Below the pieces are notes generated by a model. It ran no database searches, was not told the DNA's origin, and worked only from the letters and a program-made list of their open reading frames with translations. Positions 1 to 8,211 of a stretch of 32,000 nt of DNA are shown in pieces. Source of the stretch: a bacterium. Lineage in GTDB: Bacteria; UBP7; UBA6624. Made by a program: the position numbers and the translations under genes. The stretch spans positions 210,001 through 242,000 of the forward strand of contig PBAU01000003.1 in the NCBI GenBank assembly GCA_002716355.1. Direction: 5' to 3'. Each line of letters opens with the position of its first letter. Within the stretch, counting starts at the first letter, position 1.

Positions 1-121
1 ATGCAAAATGAACACATTCAATTGCTGTTTTATCATCAACAGAACCGCCTTGAGTAAGCCAACCACCTAAAGAAACAGCAGAGACCTTTAAACCCGATTG
101 ACCTAAATTACGATATTCCAT
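1..121 (-). CDS. aldo/keto reductase family oxidoreductase, N-terminal fragment (the gene runs off the window start)
   Basis: Not in the ORF track because it is truncated by the window edge. The reverse complement from 121 reads ATG GAA TAT CGT AAT TTA GGT CAA TCG GGT TTA AAG GTC TCT..., which is MEYRNLGQSGLKVSAVSLGGWLTQGGSVDDKTAIECVHFA. This is the typical AKR (Kv-beta-like) N-terminus YRxLGxSGLxVSxxxLGxW. Confidence 0.6.
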   Translation of the reverse strand, partial: MEYRNLGQSGLKVSAVSLGGWLTQGGSVDDKTAIECVHFA

Positions 122-127
122 AACCAG

Positions 128-153
128 AATCATAACAATATATGGTTATGATT
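128..153. promoter_or_regulatory. 9-bp perfect inverted repeat with an 8-bp spacer (AATCATAAC-N8-GTTATGATT) in the 63-bp divergent intergenic region. Candidate operator.
   Basis: Read directly at 128-136 and 145-153. It lies 7 nt from the AKR start codon (121, minus strand) and 32 nt from the NPP ATG (185). Confidence 0.4.
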
Positions 154-184
154 TCTTTCAAAGAAAGAAGAAGGTGGTGTCATC

Positions 185-1087
185 ATGAATCTATTGTTTG
201 TATTATTTTTATTTGTGGCGCCAAGTTTAGAAAAATACTTTTCATATGACTTGCCCAAAGAAAAAAAAGCCCTTGTGATCGGTATAGATGGCTTACGTCC
301 AGACTCAATGACTCACGCAAAAACCCCCAATATAGATTTCCTTATAGATAATGGGTCTGTCTCTTTTAATGCTTATGCTGGTGGCAATCTTGGAACCGAA
401 ACTGAACAGGTTACATCAAGTGGTCCTGGCTGGTCCTCAATATTGACTGGAGTATGGACCAACAAACATGGCGTTACAGACAACAGCTTTAAAAATCAAA
501 ACTACAAAGAGTATCCGCATTTTTTCAAAAGAATAAAAGATTTTGATCCAAATTTATACCTAGTTTCATTTGTGCAATGGACACCAATACATACACATAT
601 CCTTTCAGACGCTGACGAATTTGGCAACGGCAGTGATGAGTATGTCTCTGAAATGGGAGCAAAAAGCATCAAGACCGGCAAGTCAGATGTTGTTTTCTTG
701 CATTTTGATGATGTGGATCATGCTGGACATGCTTACAGATACGGTAATGATTATCCTGAATATATAGCATCAATTGAAAAAACAGACAAACTGATTGGTT
801 TTGTATTAGATGAAATCAGAAAAAAGGAAAAAGAGGATTGGTTAATTGTTGTTACGACTGACCATGGAGGAATAAATTACGGACATGGAGGGCAATCGAT
901 TGATGAGAGAACTATATTTTTCATTAGCTCTGGAGCCGGGCTGCCTATAAAAACATTTGACAAAGGGCCTGGCATGACAGCTGTTGCACCAACTGTTTTT
1001 CGCCACTTGGGCATAACTATAAAACCTGAATGGGGCTGGGAATCTAAACCTTTCCCAAGCCTAGAGAAAGGAGAAAGAGATGAATAA
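185..1087 (+). CDS. secreted alkaline-phosphatase-superfamily enzyme, nucleotide pyrophosphatase/phosphodiesterase (NPP) type
   Basis: 300-aa ORF with a hydrophobic N-terminus (MNLLFVLFLFVAPSL). NPP/AlkP metal-ligand and nucleophile motifs are present: GIDGLRPD, TSSGPGWSSILTG, HFDDVDHAGHAYRYG, VVTTDHGG. An AAGGTGG RBS lies just upstream of the ATG at 185. Confidence 0.8.
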   Translation: MNLLFVLFLFVAPSLEKYFSYDLPKEKKALVIGIDGLRPDSMTHAKTPNIDFLIDNGSVSFNAYAGGNLGTETEQVTSSGPGWSSILTGVWTNKHGVTDNSFKNQNYKEYPHFFKRIKDFDPNLYLVSFVQWTPIHTHILSDADEFGNGSDEYVSEMGAKSIKTGKSDVVFLHFDDVDHAGHAYRYGNDYPEYIASIEKTDKLIGFVLDEIRKKEKEDWLIVVTTDHGGINYGHGGQSIDERTIFFISSGAGLPIKTFDKGPGMTAVAPTVFRHLGITIKPEWGWESKPFPSLEKGERDE

Positions 1088-4000
1088 AAAAATACTTATT
1101 GGGCTAACTGCATTTTTACTTATATTTACCAACTGCAAAAACCAAAACACAACAGATGAAAACCAACTTGCATCACTTGCAAAAGCTGCAGAAGCAACAG
1201 ACAGGCCTAGAGATCCATGGGTTTTCAGGTCTGTCCTGAACGAAAAACCAAGAATGATAACAATTGCCTTGAATGAAAGACTATGGGTGGCATACGACAC
1301 CAAGTATGGAAGCATCTACAAGGCTTGGTATGGTGGCGTGAATTTCAATGGAGCTGTATACACAACATCTCATGGCCCCCAGCCTACCAGCCAAGGTTCT
1401 TCTTACATAAATGGATTGGAAGACAGCAGTGTTTGGTATTTAAATGGTCAAGAAATTGAAGATAAAGATTTTTCCTTTAAGGGTTACTCATTCCTTGATG
1501 ATGCTGTTGTGCTAAGTTACGAAATCAGCAGTTCTGAATCTGAAGTTATAAAGATTTTGGAAAGGCCTGAAGTGGTGATTACAAAATCAGGATCACTTGC
1601 ATTAAAGAGAATTTTTGAGGTTCAAGGTGCTCAAGATATAAAAGTTGAACTTGAAACACCAATCCAGTCAACCTTGGACGCAAATGGCTTAAGCATAAAC
1701 TCCCCTTATACGCTAGAGCAAACATCCACATCCTCATATGAATGGGGAGAAAAAATAAACTACATTGCAAAAATACAACTGAATAAAAACAAGAGAACAA
1801 CAGTAACCACTTTCTTCGACCTTAGGGTTGGAGAAGAAGGAGCTGCAAAAGAAGAAGTCAAAAAAACAGTGCCTTTAGACCCACAGGCAAACATCAACTT
1901 TTCAAATAAGAAAATAAATATAGACGGTCAGGTTGACGAATCATGGCAGTCTGAAGAATACCTAAAGATAGATAATCTTATATATGGAGAAAACGAAATC
2001 GAAGGTGCCTTTAAGATGCTATGGGACAATGAATTCTTGTACATACTTCACAAAATAACAGATGATAATGTAACCGAGCTTGATGGTGTTGACTTTTTCA
2101 TCGACTCAAGAAGAGAAAGAGGGTCTGAGTATGACTCAAATGATTCATACTACTCTCTAATAATGGAAGATTTGGCAAAGCTTGATGTCTCCAACACAAA
2201 AACCAATGCAAAGGTTATCGTGAGGCAAAATGATGAAGGGTATGTTGTTGAGTCGTCAATCCCATGGTCTGACCTAAACGTAAGTCCTTTCGATGGGATG
2301 AAAATGGGGTTTTCAACACATCTCAACAATGTTGGTTCAAGCACGAGCTCTAAATACTCTTGGAAATCAGTATCAAATGACCTTTTCGAAAATCCTGCAT
2401 CATTTGCATCAATAAAGCTAGTTGATCCAAAAAACAATTCAATAGAAACAAATGCTGAAGGTTTCGCAAAAGGCATACTTGTAAATATGTACAAGGTTGG
2501 CGTATCGCTTTCGAATGTTCCTGAAATAGCTGAAAACCAAAATCCAAACATATCAAAAATAATGCCTAGCTTAGATCATCTTGCTAAAAGAGGAAGTTTT
2601 CATGGGATTGATGACAGCTTTGTGATTAATGCCAAAGCTTTTGTTAACATTCAAGAGAAAGGCGAATACGAATTCAGGATAACAAGCGATGATGGGTCAA
2701 AGCTTCACATAAACAATGAACTACTAATAGAAAATGACGATCTTCAAGGCCCAACTCCAAAAAACGGAAAGGTCACTCTTGATATAGGTATGCATGAAAT
2801 ATTCATCGAACATTTTGAAAACACTGGTGGGGAAGCTCTTTTATTAGAGTGGAAGAAACCCAACTCATCAGAATTTGAAACGATTACAAAAGAAAATCTG
2901 CTTGTGAGAAGTGACAGCATCATGGAAACAGATGATGAGATCAAGGATGTAATAATAAAAAGCCCCATAAGCACTGGAGTGAAGAAAGCCATTCCTGGAG
3001 ATGGTAGCATTCTGACTGATGTCCATCCAAGCTATGACCTGTTTACAGCTAGACCTGAAACCTTTGAGCCAAAGGTTGGCGGAATGGACTGGCTTCCTGA
3101 CGGAAGGCTGATCATCTGCAATTGGGAACCTGATGGTGGAGTCTATATTCTTGATGGCATACAGGGCGATGATAGAGAAAAGATAACTGTCAAAAGAATA
3201 GCGGCAGGATTGGCAGAGCCGTTAGGTGTCAAGGTTGTTGATGGAAGAATATTCATTCTACAAAAGCAAGAGCTGACCGAATTGATAGACCATGATGGTG
3301 ATGAACTAATCGATGAATACAAGACAGTTGCAAATGGCTGGGGAGTAACATCGAACTTCCATGAATTTGCATTTGGGCTTGTCTATAAGGATGGGTATTT
3401 CTACGGAACACTTGCAACAGCCATAAATCCTGGAGGGGCAAGCACGCAACCCCAAAACCATGACAGGGGAACTGTCGTCAAGATATCAATGGATGGGGAT
3501 TATGAATTCATAGCAAGAGGCTTGAGGACACCAAATGGAATCGGTCTTGGTGTTGATGGTGAAATATTCGTTGCAGACAATCAAGGTGACTGGCTGCCAT
3601 CATCAAAGATAGTCCACATAAGCGAAGGTGCATTCCTTGGAAACAGGAGCGTGAGACCTGAAATAGATATTAATCTTGAAGAGAAACCACCCTTGGTTTG
3701 GCTTCCCCAAAACGAAATTGGAAATTCACCAAGCACCCCAAGCATACTCAATGATGGGCCTTATGCGGGACAGATGATGCATGGTGAAGTGACGCATGGA
3801 GGGCTCAAAAGGGTCTTTGTGGAAAAGGTGAACGGTGAGTACCAAGGTGCCCTATTCAGGTTCACGCAAGGTTTGGAGGCAGGAGTAAACAGGCTCACAA
3901 TCGGTCCGGACGGAGGAATCTACATAGGCGGAATCGGCAATGGCGGAAACTGGGGGCAGGCAGGAAAGAAATGGTTTGGCTTGCAAAGGCTCAAATACAA

Positions 4001-4373
4001 CGGCAAAACAACATTCGAGATGCTTGCAATAAGAATCAAGAACAACGGAATGGAAATTGAGTTCACCGAACCGCTTTCGGAAACTTCAGGAAACAATCCT
4101 GAAGATTATGCAATACAGCAATTCTGGTACAAGCCAACCGAAAAATACGGGGGGCCAAAAATGGATCTTGAAGACATTGAGGTCAAATCAGTGACAATTG
4201 ACGAATCAAGGACAAAAGCATTCTTGCAGATTGAAGGGCTTAAGGAAGGCCATGTGGTCTACTTCAAGCTCAACAGCCACATTAAAAACAATGATGGCGA
4301 GAGGCTCTGGACAACAGAGTCTTGGTACACGCTCAACAACATGCCACTTATAAAACAAGGAGAAAAAAAATGA
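1080..4373 (+). CDS. large secreted multidomain glycan-binding protein with a lipoprotein-like signal: CBM9-like, PA14, and a dehydrogenase-like beta-propeller (Planctomycete/Verrucomicrobial 'membrane-bound dehydrogenase' type)
   Basis: 1097-aa ORF. AAGGAG at 1068-1073 sits 6 nt before the ATG. The signal is lipoprotein-like (LLIFTNCKN), but Asn at -1 is atypical for a lipobox. A CBM9-like region is present (DGQVDESWQSEEYLKIDNL...FKMLWDNEFLYILHKITDD...GFSTHLNN). A PA14 region is present (EYEFRITSDDGSKLHINNELLIENDD...IFIEHFENTGGEALLLEWKKP). The propeller region has repeated blades (DWLPDGRLIICNW, DGRIFIL, DHDGDELIDEY, TPNGIGLGVDGEIFVADNQGDW, IGPDGGIYIGGIG). There are only 2 Cys and no CxxCH, so no heme domain. 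It overlaps the upstream stop by 8 nt. Confidence 0.75.
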   Translation: MNKKILIGLTAFLLIFTNCKNQNTTDENQLASLAKAAEATDRPRDPWVFRSVLNEKPRMITIALNERLWVAYDTKYGSIYKAWYGGVNFNGAVYTTSHGPQPTSQGSSYINGLEDSSVWYLNGQEIEDKDFSFKGYSFLDDAVVLSYEISSSESEVIKILERPEVVITKSGSLALKRIFEVQGAQDIKVELETPIQSTLDANGLSINSPYTLEQTSTSSYEWGEKINYIAKIQLNKNKRTTVTTFFDLRVGEEGAAKEEVKKTVPLDPQANINFSNKKINIDGQVDESWQSEEYLKIDNLIYGENEIEGAFKMLWDNEFLYILHKITDDNVTELDGVDFFIDSRRERGSEYDSNDSYYSLIMEDLAKLDVSNTKTNAKVIVRQNDEGYVVESSIPWSDLNVSPFDGMKMGFSTHLNNVGSSTSSKYSWKSVSNDLFENPASFASIKLVDPKNNSIETNAEGFAKGILVNMYKVGVSLSNVPEIAENQNPNISKIMPSLDHLAKRGSFHGIDDSFVINAKAFVNIQEKGEYEFRITSDDGSKLHINNELLIENDDLQGPTPKNGKVTLDIGMHEIFIEHFENTGGEALLLEWKKPNSSEFETITKENLLVRSDSIMETDDEIKDVIIKSPISTGVKKAIPGDGSILTDVHPSYDLFTARPETFEPKVGGMDWLPDGRLIICNWEPDGGVYILDGIQGDDREKITVKRIAAGLAEPLGVKVVDGRIFILQKQELTELIDHDGDELIDEYKTVANGWGVTSNFHEFAFGLVYKDGYFYGTLATAINPGGASTQPQNHDRGTVVKISMDGDYEFIARGLRTPNGIGLGVDGEIFVADNQGDWLPSSKIVHISEGAFLGNRSVRPEIDINLEEKPPLVWLPQNEIGNSPSTPSILNDGPYAGQMMHGEVTHGGLKRVFVEKVNGEYQGALFRFTQGLEAGVNRLTIGPDGGIYIGGIGNGGNWGQAGKKWFGLQRLKYNGKTTFEMLAIRIKNNGMEIEFTEPLSETSGNNPEDYAIQQFWYKPTEKYGGPKMDLEDIEVKSVTIDESRTKAFLQIEGLKEGHVVYFKLNSHIKNNDGERLWTTESWYTLNNMPLIKQGEKK

Positions 4374-5707
4374 TTAACTTATTGCTTATAGCTTTACTGG
4401 CAGAACCATGGATAACCCTATTCGATGGTGAAACCATGAACGGATGGAGAGGCTTCGGGAGAGATGATGTCCCCAAAGGATGGACTGTTGAGGATGGCGC
4501 AATACATTTCACGCCAGGCATAGAGGGTGGAGACATCATCACTGTCGACAAGTTCTGCGACTTTGAACTCGAAGTCGAATGGAAGATATCAAAGAACGGA
4601 AACAGCGGAATATTCTTCCGTTCCACGGAAGATTATGGCGTCCCTTGGCAGACAGCTCCAGAATACCAGATCCTTGACAACACGGGACACTGGGACGGAA
4701 AGAGCGAATACACGTCAGCAGGTTCAAACTATGCCCTGCACAAGCCTGTAATGGACATGACAAAACCGGTTGGTGAATGGAACCAGGCAAAGATCATTGC
4801 GAAAGGCAATCATGTTGAACATTGGATGAACGGCATGAAAATCGTAGAATATGAACTGCATTCGGAAAGCTGGAACAAGCTGGTTTCCGAAAGCAAGTTC
4901 AACTCAATGGCAGATTACGGAAAAAGGGATTGCGGTCACATCGACTTCCAGGACCATGGCGACAACGTCTGGTACAGGAACATCAGGATCAAGCCGCTTA
5001 TCGACAAGCATGGCGCGACAACACCGATCCCGCAAGAGGACCAATGGGCCCAGCCCTGGTGGCCATTGAGGCATATAGAGAAACTCCAGTACATCCAGGC
5101 AAACAGCGACAGGGAGCTTGTTTTCATGGGTGACTCAATCACCCATGGCTGGGAAAACCCCGGCATCAATGACATATGGCAAGAGGCCTTTTCCGAATAC
5201 AAGCCGTACAACATCGGCTTTTCGGGCGATAGGACAGAGCATCTGCTTTGGAGGATCCAAAATGGCGAGATGATGGGACTCAACCCAAAGCTTTCAGTGA
5301 TCATGATCGGAACAAACAATTCACATGGCGGACATGGCCCTGAATTGATCCGTGATGGGATAGAAAAGATTGTCAGAACCCTTAGAGACATGTTCCCGGA
5401 TATGAAAATATTGCTTTTGGGGATATTCCCATGTGGAGAGAAGCCAGACTACAATCCGGATTTTGACTGGCTTGAGAAGGGGACGCAGCCAAGGAAGGTG
5501 AATGAGGCCACAAATGCAGAGATTCTCAAATTGGCTGATGGCAAAATGGTACACTACCTTGACATCGGAAAGAACTTCATGGAAGATGACGGATTGACAA
5601 TATCATCTGAAATCATGCACGACTTCGTTCACCTTACCGAAAAAGGATACCAGATTTGGGCTGATTCAGTAATTGAAAAAATTGAAGAAATAACAAAGGA
5701 AAACTAA
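4370..5707 (+). CDS. fusion protein: DUF1080 (3-keto-disaccharide-hydrolase-like, concanavalin-type) domain plus SGNH/GDSL hydrolase (PAF-acetylhydrolase-Ib-like esterase)
   Basis: The ORF track starts it at 4322. I prefer the ATG at 4370: AAGGAG at 4357-4362 precedes it, it forms an ATGA overlap with the upstream TGA, and the product then starts with a signal-like MINLLLIALLAEP. DUF1080 signature: WITLFDGETMNGWRGFG...WTVEDGAIHF...NSGIFFR...EYQILDN...HIDFQDHGDNVWYRNIRIKPL. SGNH blocks: FMGDSITHGW (Ser), GFSGDRTEH (Gly), MIGTNN (Asn), HDFVHLT (DxxH). Confidence 0.8.
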   Translation: MINLLLIALLAEPWITLFDGETMNGWRGFGRDDVPKGWTVEDGAIHFTPGIEGGDIITVDKFCDFELEVEWKISKNGNSGIFFRSTEDYGVPWQTAPEYQILDNTGHWDGKSEYTSAGSNYALHKPVMDMTKPVGEWNQAKIIAKGNHVEHWMNGMKIVEYELHSESWNKLVSESKFNSMADYGKRDCGHIDFQDHGDNVWYRNIRIKPLIDKHGATTPIPQEDQWAQPWWPLRHIEKLQYIQANSDRELVFMGDSITHGWENPGINDIWQEAFSEYKPYNIGFSGDRTEHLLWRIQNGEMMGLNPKLSVIMIGTNNSHGGHGPELIRDGIEKIVRTLRDMFPDMKILLLGIFPCGEKPDYNPDFDWLEKGTQPRKVNEATNAEILKLADGKMVHYLDIGKNFMEDDGLTISSEIMHDFVHLTEKGYQIWADSVIEKIEEITKEN

Positions 5708-5729
5708 TAATTTTCTGGTAAGAAAAAGT

Positions 5730-5912
5730 TCATATCTGAACTCTCTTCAATAACCCTCTGTCTATTAAGCACAGGAAATGCTGTAACATCAAGATTAAAT
5801 TTAACACCTGAAATTTCATCTGGGATATTTTTGTCTTGAATCCAGCTTGTTCAATACCTAGATCCAAACCGCCGCAACCAGCAAAAAGGCCTATATGGGT
5901 TAATTTACTCAC
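5730..5912 (-). pseudogene. relic of a DNA (cytosine-5) methyltransferase. Only the N-terminal motif I is retained, followed by unrelated sequence and a stop.
   Basis: 60-aa ORF with a GTG start overlapping the M60 stop (GTGA). Its first 26 aa, MSKLTHIGLFAGCGGLDLGIEQAGFK, are a near-textbook C5-MTase motif I (compare the M.HaeIII-type ISLFSGAGGLDLGFQKAGF). No PCQ (motif IV) or ENV (motif VI) follows in any frame of 5708-5830. The region is locally AT-rich. Confidence 0.45.
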
Positions 5913-7228
5913 TGGCTAAAAAAATAATTCTCAAATACAGGATAATCTTTTAGTTCATTTTCTACTGAATCAGAAACAGGAACTCCCCAATATTCAAAGA
6001 ATGGGGCAAGATTATGCTCTGTTTCCATTGAAAGGTATTTGACGAACCAGTCAATCTTCTCAAAGTTGTCCTTTGGCCTTGTCGTGAATGTCATATACCT
6101 TTGGAACATCCTTGTGTATGGTTCCCATCCAAAAGCCTCCTTGACCATCAGCATCGTTTCAAGCGCAACCCAGACATTCCAGTTTTCAAGCTTTGCTCCA
6201 TTCTCAAAATGCTTCCTTCTCCTCTCTTCTCTGGCCTCAGGGCTTATCGCACTATGGCCGCCATCTTCCATGCCAACAACTTTCTCCAGGACATAAATGC
6301 TGAAGAGGTTGCAGGATGTTTCAGTCGTTCCGTCAAGCACCCAATCCATCCATTGGTGGTTGTGGCCCAACTCATGGAAAAAACCCCAATCGCCTTGTGT
6401 TGAAAGCCTTTCATAATTGACAAGGTTTGCAGCAACGCCTTCCGTATAGGCCATCATCGGGTACCCGGAATGCATCCATCCCATGGATATCTCATCATCT
6501 ATCGCTATCCTTTCAGCTCTCGCCCTACTCTCTCTATCAAATCCAGCAAGGTCGGCATCGGCATCAAGCACCCTATCCCAAAACTCCATCAGCCGGATTG
6601 GGTCTTCCATATTCCTCACATGTGTTGAGCGAAGCGTCAATATCATCTTGCTTGTCTCCAATTCAGCCCAAGGTGCAGGGTTCTTGCTGTGCTCTTCAAT
6701 CCATTCCTCATTTGTCATCTCACCCAAGACAAAATGGGGAGCTTTCACTGCGTTTGAGACAGTCACCTCAAAATCGCCAAGAGTGCTTCCTGTTGGGATA
6801 AGCATGTATATCAAACCTCCATATTTATTGTGGAATTCAATTGAAGCCATGTTCCTGGAAATCTTCCTGACATCCTCCTTAACCAATTCCTTTCTGGCCG
6901 TAACAATCGGATCCCTTTTAGGGTTTTCCTTTCTTGAAAGATCATCAAGATGGACACCTATAAGAACCTTCACTCCTTTGTTAAGCACATCCACTGGAAC
7001 AGTGACCATGATCTTTTCACCTGGAACTGCATACATGCCAGTGCTTTTCATCTCGTCACGCCATGGCTGACCATAAGCGTATTGCCAATGGGGCTGTTCA
7101 AAATCACCATTAACGATCAATGTCTTTGATGTTCTCTCACTTCCTTCAGGAACATCTCCTGGGAAATTCAGGTTTTCAAAACCCATCAAAAACAAAACAA
7201 CAAACAAATAAATATTTCTAACTTTCAT
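5909..7228 (-). CDS. secreted peptidase M60 family (enhancin-like, mucin/glycoprotein-targeting zinc metalloprotease)
   Basis: Gluzincin motif GFFHELGHNHQW with a downstream Glu (TTETSCNLF). Signal peptide KVRNIYLFVVLFLMGF. The ORF track start is 7234. I prefer the ATG at 7228: AGGAG at 7241-7237 is 8 nt from it, versus 2 nt from 7234, and it forms an ATGA overlap with the PfkB stop. Confidence 0.8.
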   Translation of the reverse strand: MKVRNIYLFVVLFLMGFENLNFPGDVPEGSERTSKTLIVNGDFEQPHWQYAYGQPWRDEMKSTGMYAVPGEKIMVTVPVDVLNKGVKVLIGVHLDDLSRKENPKRDPIVTARKELVKEDVRKISRNMASIEFHNKYGGLIYMLIPTGSTLGDFEVTVSNAVKAPHFVLGEMTNEEWIEEHSKNPAPWAELETSKMILTLRSTHVRNMEDPIRLMEFWDRVLDADADLAGFDRESRARAERIAIDDEISMGWMHSGYPMMAYTEGVAANLVNYERLSTQGDWGFFHELGHNHQWMDWVLDGTTETSCNLFSIYVLEKVVGMEDGGHSAISPEAREERRRKHFENGAKLENWNVWVALETMLMVKEAFGWEPYTRMFQRYMTFTTRPKDNFEKIDWFVKYLSMETEHNLAPFFEYWGVPVSDSVENELKDYPVFENYFFSQ

Positions 7229-8211
7229 AACCATTCTCCTATCTTAACTTTTTCTTTATAAACACCGCCAATTTGCGAAACGGTCAATCCGGAAATGTTC
7301 TTTGCGATATTGCAGCACTGCTCGATCCCAAGACCTTGCGTCAAGCCATAAAGGAAACCACCAGCATACGCATCACCTGCACCTGTTGTGTCCACAGCCT
7401 CAACCTCCTTTATGCCAACAGAAACAATTTCACCCTTGTGGAAAACCTGTGATCCCTTGTTGCCCTTCTTCATCACAACCGTCTCAAGGCTTGCCCTTTG
7501 CATAAGACTCTCAACAGAATCGATTCCGAACTTGGAAAAGAAAGCGTTTGACTCATCCTCATTCAAGAAGATTATGTCTGCATGGCCAGAAACCAATTCC
7601 CATAATGTATCACCAGTTGAATCAATCACTATCTTGTCTGAAAGATCAAAGGACACAAGGCCGCCATTCCTTTTCACTTCAGACATTGCATCCTTTACTG
7701 CATTTTCGTTTGGCTTGTTCATAACCGTGTAGCCTCCAAAATGGCCTATCTTGGTGTTTGAGCATTGTTTCATGAAATTTTCCATTTGGTAAGGCTGGTC
7801 TGCCACACCATAATGCACGACAAGCGTCCTTTCAGCCAGTGGCGGAGTTATGAGGCATAGGCATTTTCCCGTGGAGCCCTGCTCTGATGTTTTGATGTCA
7901 TGGGCTCCGCAAAGCTTGTCGAATCCTGAAGAGTACATCTTGCCGAACTCATCGTTGCCGACAGTGCCGTTGTAAAGGGCATTGCCTCCCAGCAAGCCAA
8001 CAGTTGCAATGGTGTTTGCCACAGAACCTCCGCTATCGGTTTTCATGCCATATGTTTTTGCAGCCTCAAAGACCTTCTCCCATTGGCTGTTGTCAACAAC
8101 CGACCAATCGCCATCCTTCATCCCAAAGCTTTCAAGAAGGCTGCTGTCGGGAAGCTCTATCAAGACATCCATCAATGCATTTCCAACCCCTATGACGTCA
8201 TATTTTTTCAT
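7225..8211 (-). CDS. PfkB-family carbohydrate/nucleoside kinase (adenosine-kinase-like)
   Basis: 328 aa. The N-terminus is DVIGVGNALMDVL and the C-terminal anion-hole motif is DTTGAGDAYAGGFLYGL, both typical of the ribokinase/PfkB superfamily. The start forms an ATGA overlap with the rluD stop at 8208-8211. Confidence 0.8.
   Translation of the reverse strand: MKKYDVIGVGNALMDVLIELPDSSLLESFGMKDGDWSVVDNSQWEKVFEAAKTYGMKTDSGGSVANTIATVGLLGGNALYNGTVGNDEFGKMYSSGFDKLCGAHDIKTSEQGSTGKCLCLITPPLAERTLVVHYGVADQPYQMENFMKQCSNTKIGHFGGYTVMNKPNENAVKDAMSEVKRNGGLVSFDLSDKIVIDSTGDTLWELVSGHADIIFLNEDESNAFFSKFGIDSVESLMQRASLETVVMKKGNKGSQVFHKGEIVSVGIKEVEAVDTTGAGDAYAGGFLYGLTQGLGIEQCCNIAKNISGLTVSQIGGVYKEKVKIGEWL

Noticed and set aside
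2150-2551. 133-aa and 68-aa minus-strand ORFs, and others (1061-1315, 1579-1800, 2744-3010, 3253-3441), inside the 1097-aa gene
   Set aside because: These are shadow ORFs opposite a strongly supported multidomain CDS.
4322-4369. 16-codon upstream extension of the DUF1080-SGNH ORF (MVHAQQHATYKTRRKK)
   Set aside because: It overlaps the end of the 1097-aa gene. The ATG at 4370 has an AAGGAG RBS, an ATGA junction and gives a signal-peptide-like N-terminus.
4936-5391. 151-aa minus-strand ORF and several 60-90-aa ORFs (4348-4626, 4527-4751, 4539-4790, 4851-5069, 4930-5133, 5321-5554) within the DUF1080-SGNH gene
   Set aside because: These are shadow ORFs of a CDS with clear domain motifs. They have no RBS and no recognisable motif.
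5727-5742. Hairpin AGTTCA-tatc-TGAACT just downstream of the DUF1080-SGNH stop, considered as an intrinsic terminator
   Set aside because: It has only a 6-bp AT-rich stem and no following T-tract, so it is too weak to call a terminator.
6483-7070. 195-aa plus-strand ORF, together with 6427-6801, 6039-6296 and 6101-6403, opposite the M60 peptidase gene
   Set aside because: These are antisense shadow ORFs inside a well-supported CDS in the higher-GC block, where stop codons are rare on the opposite strand. The products are low-complexity, Ser/Leu/Pro-rich and motif-free.
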